DNA of 64,000 bases from an archaeon (GCA_020057405.1 JAGVFW010000004.1:32001-96000), one strand, 5' to 3'; positions 16,642 through 27,900 are shown, numbered from the stretch's first letter. Translations and numbers: made by a program. Notes: a model not told the origin generated them from the letters alone.

Positions 16642-17916
16642 CTACGCCATCTTCTTGGGGACTACCTCAAGGACGATGCCGGCGGCAACTGTCTGGCCCA
16701 TGTCGCGGATTGCGAAGCGGCCGAGCGCGGGGAAGTCTGCGTACTTCTCGACTACGACGGGCTTGGTGGGCTTGATCCTGATGATTGCCACATCACCCGT
16801 CTTGATGAAATCGGGGTTCTTCTGCGCGGTAAGGCCGGTCTTGGGGTCCTTCTTCTCCATTATCTCCACAATCTGGCACGCGAGTTGCGCGGTGTGGATG
16901 TGGAAGACGGGAGTGTAGTTCTTGCCGATTGCAGTCGGGTGGTTGAGCACGACGATTTGCGCCGTGAACTCCTCTGCGACCTGGGGCGGGTTTTTCGGGT
17001 CACCGAGCACGTTGCCGCGCATGATGTCCTTCTTGTCAACGCCTTTTAGCGCAAAGCCGACGTTGTCGCCGGGGATTGCTTGAGTGAGAATCTGGTGGTG
17101 CATCTCAATCGTCTTTACTTCACCAACTTTATTGGCGGGCATGACGATAACCTGCATGTTGGGCTTGAGAATGCCTGCCTCGACGCGGCCGACGGGCACG
17201 GTGCCCTGCCCCGTGATGGTGAAGACTTCCTGGATGGGCAGTCGGAGCGGCTTGTCGGTGGGCTTCTTGGGCTCAACGAGCATGTCGAAGGCCTCAACCA
17301 TTGTGGGGCCAGTATACCAAGTCATCTTCTCGCTCTTCTTGTTGATGTTGTCGCCCTGGTATGCCGAGTAGGGAATGAAGGGGATAGTGTCGGTCTTGTA
17401 ACCCATGGGCTTGAGCTTGGCGATAAGTTCGGCCTTGACTTTATCGTAAGGCGCCTGCTCGAAGTTCACCGCATCCATCTTGTTGACGCCGATGATGAAC
17501 TGGCTAACGCCAAGCACTTTGAGCAGGAAAGCGTGCTCGATGGTCTGGGCCTGGATGCCTTCCTTTGCCGAGCAGACGATGACTGCAGCGTCAGCCTGCG
17601 AAGCGCCGGTAATCATGTTCTTGATGAAGTCCTTGTGGCCGGGCGCGTCGATGATGGTGAAGTAGTACTTTGCCGTGTGGAAGTCCTTGTGGGCAATGTC
17701 GATGGTAACGCCGCGCTCGCGCTCTTCCTTGAGGCGGTCCATTGCGAATGCGAACTCGAAAGTCGCCTTGCCCATCTTTGCCGCCTCTTCCTTGAGCTTG
17801 CGCAAGTCCTGTTCTGAGAGAGCACCGGTGTCGTAGAGGATGCGACCAACAGTAGTCGATTTTCCGTGGTCGACGTGACCCGTGAAGATAAGATTCAAGT
17901 GTGGTTTGTCAGCCAT
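16642..17916 (-). CDS. tuf: Elongation factor 1-alpha
   Basis: GHVDHGKST, ERERGVTID, DAPGH, NKMD, GRFAIRDMG. Confidence 0.98.
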   Translation of the reverse strand: MADKPHLNLIFTGHVDHGKSTTVGRILYDTGALSEQDLRKLKEEAAKMGKATFEFAFAMDRLKEERERGVTIDIAHKDFHTAKYYFTIIDAPGHKDFIKNMITGASQADAAVIVCSAKEGIQAQTIEHAFLLKVLGVSQFIIGVNKMDAVNFEQAPYDKVKAELIAKLKPMGYKTDTIPFIPYSAYQGDNINKKSEKMTWYTGPTMVEAFDMLVEPKKPTDKPLRLPIQEVFTITGQGTVPVGRVEAGILKPNMQVIVMPANKVGEVKTIEMHHQILTQAIPGDNVGFALKGVDKKDIMRGNVLGDPKNPPQVAEEFTAQIVVLNHPTAIGKNYTPVFHIHTAQLACQIVEIMEKKDPKTGLTAQKNPDFIKTGDVAIIRIKPTKPVVVEKYADFPALGRFAIRDMGQTVAAGIVLEVVPKKMA

Positions 17917-18085
17917 TTCCATCCCTCCAAATATTTGGCATTAATGCCAATCGTTGTTAATTGAACAAATCAACGGCAGCCCAAAAACAATGCTACCAAT
18001 AAACACAATCAGTCATTTTGAGCCTTTCGACCGGTATAGAGTATTTGGCACAAACGGCTTAAAAAGGCTTTCGACGACGGTGCGG

Positions 18086-18487
18086 CTATGCCTTGGCCTT
18101 TCCGTAATGCTCGCCAATTGCCTTGGCCAAGTCCTCAAGGGGACTCTTCTCGACAACGCCGATGTGAAGCTTGTCCGGATGCTTTTCAATAATCTCCTTG
18201 GCTGTTGCTGGCGAATGATCGTGCACAATTGCAAAAACATGGGGTAGCTTTCCACCGGGCCCTGCAACAAGCTTCAAAAGAGATAGGAACGCTTCCACTT
18301 CGCGAGTAAAGGCGGTATCAAAAGTCACGATGTCCGCCTTCGCGTGGTCGCGCTTGAGGTCTTCAAAGCGAAGCAAACTGCCGACTTCCTCGTGCTCAAC
18401 TCCTCGCCTAGTTAGTTGAGTGCCCAATCGGCGCGAGTCATCGGCACTGCCCCAGTGAAAAATTCTCAACGGACGTGACACGGCCAT
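18086..18487 (-). CDS. Orphan, possibly degenerate CheY-like receiver domain
   Basis: (beta/alpha)5-like periodicity; ADIVTFD and VVEKSP at receiver D and K positions. Confidence 0.5.
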   Translation of the reverse strand: MAVSRPLRIFHWGSADDSRRLGTQLTRRGVEHEEVGSLLRFEDLKRDHAKADIVTFDTAFTREVEAFLSLLKLVAGPGGKLPHVFAIVHDHSPATAKEIIEKHPDKLHIGVVEKSPLEDLAKAIGEHYGKAKA

Positions 18488-18550
18488 TTCAATCAGACTA
18501 ATTTAGCACTTCTTGACGTATTTATACCAATTCCCGCCTAACTACTTTCA

Positions 18551-19456
18551 ATGAAACTACTGCACGCCCTGCCGCCCTACAACTTCCCAGGCGTCGAGGA
18601 ACAGAATTTTTCCAAGGCAAAATTTGTCATCCTTCCAGTGCCATACGACGGCACGGCGAGCTGGGGCAGCGGCGCGAAAGACGGGCCGCACGCAATCATC
18701 GCCGCAAGCCGCTTTCTTGAACTCTTTGACCACGAGCTTGGCAGAAAGCCAGCCGACGCCGGCTTCTTCACCCTCGACGAGCTCGAACCCGCAAGGGGCG
18801 ATGCGAAAGAGACGGTAAAGCGCGTGGCCGACGCGGTTTCCGAAATACTCGCGCGCAAAAAGACGCCAGTGACTCTTGGGGGCGACCACTCTATTGCAAT
18901 CGGCGCAATCCAGGCGGCTGCAAGCCACTTCGACAACTTAAGCGTAGTCGCTTTCGACGCGCACTTGGACGCCTGGGATGAGTTTGAGGGCAGCGACCAT
19001 TCGCACGCTTCAGTCGGCGCGAGGATTGCCGACATCACGCCCTCGGTCGCGAAAGAGAAAGTGAATGAAGTGATTATTGGCGCGCGCACTACGGGGAAAA
19101 ACGAGCTGGAGTTCTGCCGGAAGAACGGCGTGGAAATCGTTTGGGCCGAGGAAGCCAAAAAAGACATCCAAAAGGCAGTGAAGAAAATACTGCCGAAGCT
19201 AAGAAAGAACGTTTACATCACATTCGATTTTGACTGCCTTGACCCGGGAGTCATGCCCGCGGTCGGCACGCCGGAGCCCGAGGGACTGCAATTCAACGAG
19301 GCTGTCGAGGCGCTAAAGGCGATTGCGGCCAGCCGCAACATAGTGGGAATGGACTTCTGCGAACTCTCGCCAATGCCTGGGAACCGCGCGCCCGACTTCC
19401 TTGCTGCAAAACTGGTTTACAAGGCCGCCGGGCTGGCTTTGGGCAAGAAATTATAA
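18551..19456 (+). CDS. speB: Agmatinase
   Basis: GGDHS, FDAHLD, SHAS, FDFDCLDP...GTPEP. Confidence 0.93.
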   Translation: MKLLHALPPYNFPGVEEQNFSKAKFVILPVPYDGTASWGSGAKDGPHAIIAASRFLELFDHELGRKPADAGFFTLDELEPARGDAKETVKRVADAVSEILARKKTPVTLGGDHSIAIGAIQAAASHFDNLSVVAFDAHLDAWDEFEGSDHSHASVGARIADITPSVAKEKVNEVIIGARTTGKNELEFCRKNGVEIVWAEEAKKDIQKAVKKILPKLRKNVYITFDFDCLDPGVMPAVGTPEPEGLQFNEAVEALKAIAASRNIVGMDFCELSPMPGNRAPDFLAAKLVYKAAGLALGKKL

Positions 19457-19480
19457 GCTGCCAAGCGGACACTTCTTCTC

Positions 19481-20704
19481 ATGGCAGCACGAAAACCACG
19501 CAGAAAGCTAGCTGCGAAAATTGCAAAAGCTGCGCTCTTTCCGCTAAAGGCCGGAATGGCGGTCGGCCGCGGCCTCAAAAACGTGCACAACAACTTGGGT
19601 AAAACCAAGGCGGGCGACTTTGCCCGGAGGACTATTTACACTGGCGCGCTTTTGGCAGCTTTGCACGCGACCCCGCCGACGCTTGACGCCTATCACAGAT
19701 GGCAAGCCGACAGGCTTAACCCCGCGCCACCCGGAATCGTCAGGATGGTAAGTGAAAGCTATTCGCCTTACTCAGTCGTACTGCCGCACCCCAACACTAT
19801 GAGCTACTCGATTCCTGATCCGTTCAAGTTCACTTACGTCAATAATGCAAGCAGGTTGGTAAATGAAGAAATCAACAGCTTGGTGGACAAATATCGCAAA
19901 GACCCGCGGTACCGGCTTGCGGCAAAGCACATCAACGCGGCGTTCATCCACGGCATGATTTCAGCGGAAAGCCGCTACCACCCCGGCGCGTATTTTCCAA
20001 GCAACAACAAGAGCCCTACCGACGCGGGGTTAGGGCAAGTAACCCTATTGGGATTAAACCAGGCCAGGGACGACGGAGCGGTGCCAAAAAACGTCAAGCG
20101 CGTCGAGGAGCTAATGACATTACCGCATCCCGATGACTTCAAAATCGAAAAAAATGAAAGGAGCTACTATAACCCCAACCGGAAGCTTCTCCAAGCAATT
20201 TACGACCGCGAAATTGGATTGCTTGGCAAAACGCCGGGCCAACTTACGCGAGAGGAAGTTGGGGCAGTAAACGAGGAACGCATCCGCAACAACCTGCGCG
20301 CCTCAGTCCACGTTGCCTTTTCAAATGCGCAAGGGTTCCTTCAAAGAATTCAGGCCAAGACCAACCCCAAGGCCGACTTGAAGCGCTTCATTTACTTGTC
20401 ATACAAGGACGGCGGCGCCGGGACGGCAAAAGAGTATTTAGCAGAAGGAAAAAACATCCCCGGCGTTACAAGAATCGGAAGGAAATCGGCTCAAACGAGC
20501 CACGACAAAAGCTACACTAGCTTACGAGGCTTTGAAACCGAGCAAGCTGCAAAAAACCTGCGGTTCGTCATGCCCCCGCAAAAAGACTCGCGCCTGCCAC
20601 TGCCTGCAAATGCCATCGCCCTTGCGCCGTGGTTGGGTTTTAGGAGAAAGTGGGCAAAGCAGGTAAAGAAAGCAAGCAAACCGACAAAAGCTAAAGGCAA
20701 ATAG
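19481..20704 (+). CDS. Putative lytic transglycosylase (SLT/GH23-like) with basic N-terminus
   Basis: GMISAESRYHPGA, AGLGQV, NNLRAS, LSYKDG resemble SLT motifs. Confidence 0.6.
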   Translation: MAARKPRRKLAAKIAKAALFPLKAGMAVGRGLKNVHNNLGKTKAGDFARRTIYTGALLAALHATPPTLDAYHRWQADRLNPAPPGIVRMVSESYSPYSVVLPHPNTMSYSIPDPFKFTYVNNASRLVNEEINSLVDKYRKDPRYRLAAKHINAAFIHGMISAESRYHPGAYFPSNNKSPTDAGLGQVTLLGLNQARDDGAVPKNVKRVEELMTLPHPDDFKIEKNERSYYNPNRKLLQAIYDREIGLLGKTPGQLTREEVGAVNEERIRNNLRASVHVAFSNAQGFLQRIQAKTNPKADLKRFIYLSYKDGGAGTAKEYLAEGKNIPGVTRIGRKSAQTSHDKSYTSLRGFETEQAAKNLRFVMPPQKDSRLPLPANAIALAPWLGFRRKWAKQVKKASKPTKAKGK

Positions 20705-20747
20705 AGCTCACGCTAATTCTCTAAAATCAAGGAACTTTCAGGCTAAT

Positions 20748-22934
20748 TTAGTCCAGGAAGTCGCGGGCGGTCGGAGCGATTTCAGGCTCGCCCTTGCGTT
20801 TGCGGATTGCGGCGATTATGGTCGCCTGCATGCTGTCTGGCAGCTTCTCGTAACCCTCGTACTCGTAGTACCACGCGGCCCTGCCTTGCGAAGCGCCGCG
20901 GATTTCCGACGCGAAGCCGAACATTGCGGAAACGGGAACTTTCGCGGTGACGGCAACTGCCTCGCCTTCCTGCTGGATGTCAAGCACTTGACCGCGCCTG
21001 CCCTGGATGGAATTGATGACTGAGCTCATGTACTCCTGGGGGGCGTTGACGAAAAGCTTCTGCTTTGGCTCCATGAGAACCGCCTTTGCCATCAGCATGC
21101 CCGCGTAGATTGGCCGCCGGATTGCGGGGTAAATCTGGGCAGGGCCGCGGTGGGCCGGGTCAACGTGGATGGTAGCGTCGGTCAACAGGACTTTCACGCC
21201 AACCACTTTCTCGCGCGCAAGAGGGCCGCGGTCGACAGCCTCGGAAAACGCGTCAATCATGAGTTCCTTGATGTCCATGAGGTACTGCACTCCCTTGGTC
21301 GCGTCGATGAAGATGTTGTCGCGGTGGATGCAGATGACCTTCTTTGCCTCGTCGCGGTCAAGGCCGGCCTTGATTAAGCGCTCGATTAAGTCCTTGCCCT
21401 TGGTCCTGTCGTCAATGTCGCCGTCTTTTATGGCCTTGACAACGCTTGCCTCAAGGGGCTTGACTTCAATCTTGAACTTGTTGTGCTTGTTAGGCGACTT
21501 GCCCTCGAGTTCCGGGCTCTCGCCGAGGATTGCCTCGTGGTAGACGACAATCGGCGCGCTCGTCTCAATCTCTACGCCGCGCTCCTTCTCAATCTTGTAC
21601 TCGATGATTTCAAGGTGGAGTTCGCCCATGCCGGAGAGAAGGTGCTCACCGGTTTCGGGATTGATTTCAACGCGGATGGTCGGATCCTCCTTGCTAAGGC
21701 GCTGGAGGATTTCAATGAGCTTGACTAAGTCACGCGGGTTCTTCGCCTCGATGCTCTTCGTCACGACCGGCTCGCTGTGGTGCTTGATTTGCTCGAAGGG
21801 AGCCATGTGGCCTTCAGAAGCGGTTTCGCCGGCGTAAATGTCGTGCAGGCCGATGAGCGCGACGATGTTGCCCGCGGGCACTTCGTCGATTAGCACGCGG
21901 TCCGGGCCCATGTAGATTGCGACGTTCTGGAGTTTCTCGCTCTTGAACTGGCCCGCTAGGTAAATGTCCTTGCCCTTTGCGACAGTGCCGGAGTAGAGCC
22001 GTCCGATGGCGACTTCGCCTGCGTGCTCGTCAACCTGCACTGCGGTGACCATGAAACAGACCGGCCCGTTGGGGTCGCACTCCATCATCGCTTTTCCGTG
22101 AACAGTAGACTGGTCGCCCTTCCAGATGACAGGAATGCGGTACTTTTGCGCGACTGACGGGTTGGGCAGGTGACGAACGGCAATCTCGAGAATGACTTCC
22201 TCAATGGGCGCCTTCTCACGAAGCGTCTTGTGGTCGCCGGCGGCGCAAAGCTCGTAGAGCTCCTGGAAGTTGAGGCCGTTCTTCTTCATGATGGGGTATG
22301 ACACTGCCCACTTGTTGAAGCCCGTGCCGAAGGCAACGTTGCCCTTCTCGACGCCAATCTTCCACTCGGCTTTAAACTCGGGCGGGCCGTAGTCCTCGAT
22401 GAGCTTGTTAACGCTGTTGATTATCTTGATGAAGCGCTCCTGCATGCCTTTTGAGTCGAGCTTGAGCTCGTTTATCAGGCGGTCAATCTTGTTGATGAAG
22501 AGAACGGGCTTGACCTTCTCTTTTAGCGCCTGGCGCAGAACCGTCTCAGTCTGGGGCATGACCTGCTCGACGCTGTCGACTACGAGGATGACGCCGTCGA
22601 CCGCGCGCATGGCGCGGGTGACGTGACCGCCGAAGTCAACGTGGCCCGGAGTGTCAATCATGTTGATGATGTAGTTCTCGCCCTCGTAGTCAAAGCCGAG
22701 GGAAATGTTAGCTGACTTGATCGTGATGCCGCGCGCCTGCTCCTGCGGGTCGTAGTCGAGAAGGCGCTGTTCTCCGGCCAACTCGCGGGAAATGAGGCCG
22801 GCAACGGCTAGGAGGGAGTCTGAGAGGGTGGTCTTGCCGTGGTCGACGTGGGCGACGATAGCCATGTTGCGAATGTGCTTGCTGTCGCGCATGAGCTTGC
22901 CGACTTCGCCAACGACGACTTCTTTTCGTGCCAT
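20748..22934 (-). CDS. fusA: Elongation factor 2
   Basis: AHVDHGKTT, RGITI, DTPGH, diphthamide loop HVDPAHRG. Confidence 0.98.
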   Translation of the reverse strand: MARKEVVVGEVGKLMRDSKHIRNMAIVAHVDHGKTTLSDSLLAVAGLISRELAGEQRLLDYDPQEQARGITIKSANISLGFDYEGENYIINMIDTPGHVDFGGHVTRAMRAVDGVILVVDSVEQVMPQTETVLRQALKEKVKPVLFINKIDRLINELKLDSKGMQERFIKIINSVNKLIEDYGPPEFKAEWKIGVEKGNVAFGTGFNKWAVSYPIMKKNGLNFQELYELCAAGDHKTLREKAPIEEVILEIAVRHLPNPSVAQKYRIPVIWKGDQSTVHGKAMMECDPNGPVCFMVTAVQVDEHAGEVAIGRLYSGTVAKGKDIYLAGQFKSEKLQNVAIYMGPDRVLIDEVPAGNIVALIGLHDIYAGETASEGHMAPFEQIKHHSEPVVTKSIEAKNPRDLVKLIEILQRLSKEDPTIRVEINPETGEHLLSGMGELHLEIIEYKIEKERGVEIETSAPIVVYHEAILGESPELEGKSPNKHNKFKIEVKPLEASVVKAIKDGDIDDRTKGKDLIERLIKAGLDRDEAKKVICIHRDNIFIDATKGVQYLMDIKELMIDAFSEAVDRGPLAREKVVGVKVLLTDATIHVDPAHRGPAQIYPAIRRPIYAGMLMAKAVLMEPKQKLFVNAPQEYMSSVINSIQGRRGQVLDIQQEGEAVAVTAKVPVSAMFGFASEIRGASQGRAAWYYEYEGYEKLPDSMQATIIAAIRKRKGEPEIAPTARDFLD

Positions 22935-22982
22935 TTCAAATACACCCTAATTGCGAATTACCCCCGGGGGCAGTGCGCCGGA

Positions 22983-23660
22983 TTACCTTGCCGACCTTGC
23001 GACGCGCTCGGTCTCGTTCTTGCGCTTGACCGAGTAGCTGTTCTGGTCATTCGCCGCACCCAGCATGAGTTCGTCGGCAAGCGACTGGGCAAGGGTTGAC
23101 TTCTTGTTGAATGACTGCATGATGGAGGCAAGAGCGATGTTCTTTAGCGCGAGGTCAAGCCGCCTCTGTGCCGAGACGTCGACTGCAACTTGGTAGCTCG
23201 TGCCACCAAAGCGCACGCGGGTTGTCTCCTCGCGGGGCGCGCTGTTCTCAAGCGCCTGAACGAGCAACTGGATTGGGTTCTTCTTCGTCTTTTCTGCGAT
23301 GATTGCGAAAGCCGTGCGGATGACTTTTAGCACCTTGGATTTTTTGCCCTGGAGCTTTCCGTGCGTGCGGATGACTTTCCCGCCAAGCTTCTCGCCAGTA
23401 CCGCCGCGCATGAGCTTGTTAGCAAGCCGCTCGACGACGTTGACCTTTGCCTTTGCAAACGCCTTGTTCGCGTGGCGGGCAAAAGTGTGGGGAATTGAAA
23501 GCGGCTTTAGGGAAATGTACATCTCTAGGCCGGGGTCGGAGACGACCACGCCAACGTAAGTGTATTTTCCGAATAGCTTCTGTGAAGGCAGGTCGGATGC
23601 CTTTGCCTCTGGAGCCTTCTCTACGGCGGGCGCTTTTGGTGAAACGGTTTCTTCTGCCAT
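22983..23660 (-). CDS. rps7: 30S ribosomal protein S7 (uS7)
   Basis: ENSAPREETTR, QVAVDVSAQRR, ERVARSAR. Confidence 0.96.
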   Translation of the reverse strand: MAEETVSPKAPAVEKAPEAKASDLPSQKLFGKYTYVGVVVSDPGLEMYISLKPLSIPHTFARHANKAFAKAKVNVVERLANKLMRGGTGEKLGGKVIRTHGKLQGKKSKVLKVIRTAFAIIAEKTKKNPIQLLVQALENSAPREETTRVRFGGTSYQVAVDVSAQRRLDLALKNIALASIMQSFNKKSTLAQSLADELMLGAANDQNSYSVKRKNETERVARSAR

Positions 23661-23667
23661 AAACTCA

Positions 23668-24096
23668 TTACCTCTTTGGCTTCTCCTTCTTGCCCTTGCG
23701 CAGCTGCTCGAGTGAGACGCCGTTGACGGCGACTACCCTGTAGCGGACGCCGGGAATTGAACCCATTTGGCCGCGCTGCGAGCCGCCCAGTCCCTCGATG
23801 GTCACTTCGTCGTGCTCGTCGATTTTCGTGATTGCCTTGTCGCGGGGAACGTGCGCAGTGACTTTCTTTGAATTCTTGAGAAGCTGGACGACGACACCCT
23901 TGATGATGCCCGAGTGGGGTTGCTTTTGCTCAATGCCGACTTTCTTGATGACAATGCCGCTAGCTCGGGACGCGCCTTCAAGAGGGTCGTACTTCGCCTT
24001 CAGGCCGAGAGCCTTGCGTTTCCACCACTTCTTGAGCCAGCGTTTCTTCTTGCGCGATTGCGAAAGAATCCTTGCAGCGAACTCGCCTTTTGCCAT
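23668..24096 (-). CDS. rps12: 30S ribosomal protein S12 (uS12)
   Basis: KQPHSG, IPGVRY. Confidence 0.96.
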   Translation of the reverse strand: MAKGEFAARILSQSRKKKRWLKKWWKRKALGLKAKYDPLEGASRASGIVIKKVGIEQKQPHSGIIKGVVVQLLKNSKKVTAHVPRDKAITKIDEHDEVTIEGLGGSQRGQMGSIPGVRYRVVAVNGVSLEQLRKGKKEKPKR

Positions 24097-24109
24097 CTTT
24101 TTTCACCAT

Positions 24110-24532
24110 TCAACTAATCTTAACGTCGTCAAGGCCGAAGCGCCTCTTCGCGAGCAAGCGCGCTTTTTTTATGCGCTCGCCCCCGCGGCCTATTGCCAGG
24201 CCCTTGTCCTTGACTTCAACTGAAACGAAAGCAATTTTCTTTCCCGACTGGTTTTCCTCGCGCACTTCAAGCACTTTTGCGGGCTTAAAGACATTTGAGA
24301 GAAACTCCTTGATGCCATCGGCGGCTTCAACGATTTCAACGTTGCGGCCGAAGGCGCTCTTGAGTCGGATGATGTTGCTTCCGTTCTTGCCAATCGCTTT
24401 TCCCAATTCGCCTTTTGTGACGACGAAAATCACCGAATCGTCGGTCAAAACGACATCAGTCGCTGAAGCGCCCGTGCGCGATGCGAGGATGCCAATCGAC
24501 TCCAACTCGGCGTTGGTCAAAAGCGCTGGCAT
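24110..24532 (-). CDS. nusA: Archaeal NusA-like KH-domain factor
   Basis: GKAIGKNG and AIGRGG KH motifs; operon position. Confidence 0.92.
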   Translation of the reverse strand: MPALLTNAELESIGILASRTGASATDVVLTDDSVIFVVTKGELGKAIGKNGSNIIRLKSAFGRNVEIVEAADGIKEFLSNVFKPAKVLEVREENQSGKKIAFVSVEVKDKGLAIGRGGERIKKARLLAKRRFGLDDVKIS

Positions 24533-24533
24533 T

Positions 24534-24842
24534 TCACACCCCCGCTCCGTCCGCGGCGTCAAGGATGTTCGAATCGCCAGCCTCGACAACGCTTAGCGCG
24601 CCAATTGTAAACGGCTTTCCGCACACCGTGCCCAATTCAAGGCCGGTGCCCGGGTAAAGGATGATGCGCACGCCGGAAATAGAGGCGTAGCGAAGGAGGT
24701 CCGCCTTTGCTTCGGGCGGGCAGTTAGTGGAGATGACTAGGACTTTTGCCGTGCCAAGCATGGCGCGCTTTAGGGCCTTGTGGCTGCCGAATTCTACTTT
24801 GCCAGTGTCAACTGCCGTTCTAATGGCGCGTTCAATGTCCAT
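24534..24842 (-). CDS. rpl30e: 50S ribosomal protein L30e
   Basis: AVDTGKVEFG, ELGTVCGKPF. Confidence 0.96.
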   Translation of the reverse strand: MDIERAIRTAVDTGKVEFGSHKALKRAMLGTAKVLVISTNCPPEAKADLLRYASISGVRIILYPGTGLELGTVCGKPFTIGALSVVEAGDSNILDAADGAGV

Positions 24843-24967
24843 GATAAATACCAAAATGGTTCTCTCTTTCGCGCAACCGCGCGAAAGCAACTCCCCACAC
24901 AATGAGGAATACTATTGTAAAACAATTAATGGGAAAAGTCGTTTATATGGCTTTTCCCGCTAGGGAC

Positions 24968-27900
24968 TTACTCGAGTTCCATCTCGAGCTTGACTGTGCC
25001 GGTTCCGCACGGGATGGTCTGGCCGATGATGATGTTTTCGGCGATGCCGCGAAGCAGGTCTTCCTCGCCGTAAACGCAGGCGCGAAGCAAGTGCTTTGCG
25101 GTCTCCTCGAAAGCGGCGCGGGCGAGCACTGATGCTTTTTCGCCTGCGAGACCGTGGCGGCCTACGCTTTTCACATTGCCGCGGTGCGTCATGGCATCCG
25201 CGATGAGCATGATGTGCTTGAGGCTGACGCGCAGGCCCTGCGCCTCGAGAACCTTGGTAATCTCGTTTACGATGGAGTTTCGTCCGGCTTCGACGCCGAG
25301 GACGCGGTAGGTCTCCATGATGTCGTTTGTCGTCGTCCTTGCAGCGTCGACTTCGGGCACTTTTAGCATTGCCTCGATGTTGCTGCCTTCGGTCGCAATC
25401 GTGTACTCGCCGCCCTTCTCGATGATGATGGCGCGGCTGATGCCGGGAACGCCGCGGAGAATAATCTCGCGGAGCTTGGTCGTGACTTTGCGCGTGTTTC
25501 GGATGTTGTCGGCCTTGGGCTTAATCGTGACACCCGAAGTAGTCTTCTCATAAGGCGCAATTTCCTTTACCTTGTCGATAATCTCCGACTCCTTTACGCC
25601 CTTGTCTTTTAGAAGCTTCTCGTCCCAAACCACGCGCATGCTCTTTCGGTCGAAGTTCTCGCGGATTTCGGCGACCTGCTCTAGGGTAAGCTGCTCGAGT
25701 TGAGCGGCGACCTTCTTGACTTTCTCGAAGTCTTTTGCGTACTCCTTCTTGAGGTAGACTTCCATGACCGGGCTCTTCGGCTTCTTCGTGGCGTCGACGA
25801 TTTCGACGAGGCGGGTGAAGCCCAGTTGCGCAAGGCTGGCGACACCGGCGTAGTGGAACGTTCGCAAGGTCATTTGAGTGCCGGGCTCGCCGATGGACTG
25901 GGCTGCAACGACACCGACGGGCTCGCCGTAGGCGACTGGCTCGCCGGTCGGGTAAATCGCGTCGTCACCGTACTTGAGCTGGATGAGCTTGCCCTCGCTG
26001 TCGGTGACGCTCATGTCCTCCTGGACGATCAAGTCTTGGAGCGCGTTGACGAGCCTGCGTTGCATGTAACCCGTCTTTGCGGGATTGACGCCCTTGTCGA
26101 CGACACTGTCACGGCCGCCTGCAGCGTGGAAGAAGTACTCTTGTGGCGTTAGTCCGCCAACGTAGCTGTTGTGAACAAAGCCACGCGCGCCGTCCGAGAG
26201 GTCGCCCTTGATGTAGTGCGGTAGGATGCGAGACTTGTAGCCGTTCCTTACGCGCTTGCCGCGAACTGCCTGCTGGCCGACGATGCCGGCCATTTGGACG
26301 ACATTGATGGGCTTGCCGCGTGCGCCCGACTCTGCCATGAGGAGTGCTGAATTGTAGACGAGGTCGGCGTGCTCGTAGGTGATGTTGGTGCGCTTGATGT
26401 TCTTCTTCATCGTCCCCCAAGCGTCGCCACGGACTGCCTCGAGAATGTTCATGACCTGCTCTTCCAGAGTCTCGCGCAAGGTCTTGCCGGGCTGGCGCGG
26501 GAGCTTGCCCGTGCGGTACTTGTGGATGAGTTTTCGCACTTCGGAACGCGCGGTCTTGTAAAGCGTGTCGATTTCCTCGCGCGCCTTATCCGTAATCTCG
26601 TAGTCGTCGAGGGAAAGCGAGAGGCCGAAGTCGGTGGTGATGCGGACTGAAATCTTCGTGATTGCATCAAGGTAGATGCGGGCGGCGTCGCTGCCGGCCT
26701 GCTTGAAGATGGCCTTGACGACACGGTCGCCCGCGCGGCCGTCGACGAATCCGCGGATTAGCTTGCCGTTCTTGATTTGGACAATTGAGTCGTGCTCGTC
26801 GCACTTGCCGCCAACGCAGGTCTTGCACTTGCTTGAGTAGGCGAGGTTCTTGGTCTCGAAGTTAAGTGAAGTGGGTAGTAGCAGGCTGAACATGTCGCGG
26901 CCGGCAATCTTTTCGCCGGGAAGCTCTGCGCCGTCAAAGCCGGCGTTGGCGAGAAGGTTGAATGCATGGTGCTTGTCGAACTTGATGTCTTTTTGAGTAA
27001 GCAAGTAGATGCCTGAAACGTGGTCGAGCTCGGGGACAATCATGGGCTCGCCGTTTCGGGGCGAGAGAATCTGGTCCTGCACGCGCATGAGCGTGACTGC
27101 TTCCGCCTGCGCCTCTTCGGTCTGGGGCACGTGGATGTTCATTTCGTCTCCATCGTAGTCGGCGTTGTATGGCCGGCAATCGGCTGCGTTGAAGCGAAGG
27201 GTCTTGCCAGGAAGCACGCGCACGCTGTGTGCCATCATGCTGACGCGGTGGAGCGAGGGTTGCCGGTTGAAGATGACGTTGTCGCCATCCATGAGCTGAC
27301 GCTCGACGATGTAGCCTGCGACGACTTCGGTAAGCACTTCGTCGACGTTAAGCGGCGTAATCTTCTTGCGCTTGCCGTCGGGGCGGATGATGTAGTTGAT
27401 TTTATCAGAGTGTTCCTTGATGAGCGCCTTTAGCGCCTCGAGGTTCCACTCGGTGACGGGAACAGGGACAGTAAGTTCCTTGGCCATGAGTTCGGGCACG
27501 CCAAGCTCGTTGATGCCAAGCTCAGGGTCGGGCGAGATGACCGTGCGTGCTGAGAAATTCACGCGCTTGCCGCTAAGGTTGTAGCGGAAGCGGCCTTCCT
27601 TGCCCTTGAGGCGCTGGAACAGCGTCTTTAGCTGCCTGCCGGAGCGGTGGCGCGCGGGGGGAATGCCTGCGGTCTCGTTGTCAAAGAAAGTGGCGACGTG
27701 GTACTGCAGGAGTTCCCACAAGTCCTCGATGATGAGTTGCGGTGCGCCTGCGTCGATGTTCTCGCCCAAGCGCTGGTTGATGCGGAGGATGTCGACAAGC
27801 TTGTGGGTGAGGTCGTCCTCGCTGCGCTCGCCGGTCTCAAGAGTGATTGAAGGGCGAACGGTGACTGGAGGGACGATGAGAACGGTTAGAACCATCCACT

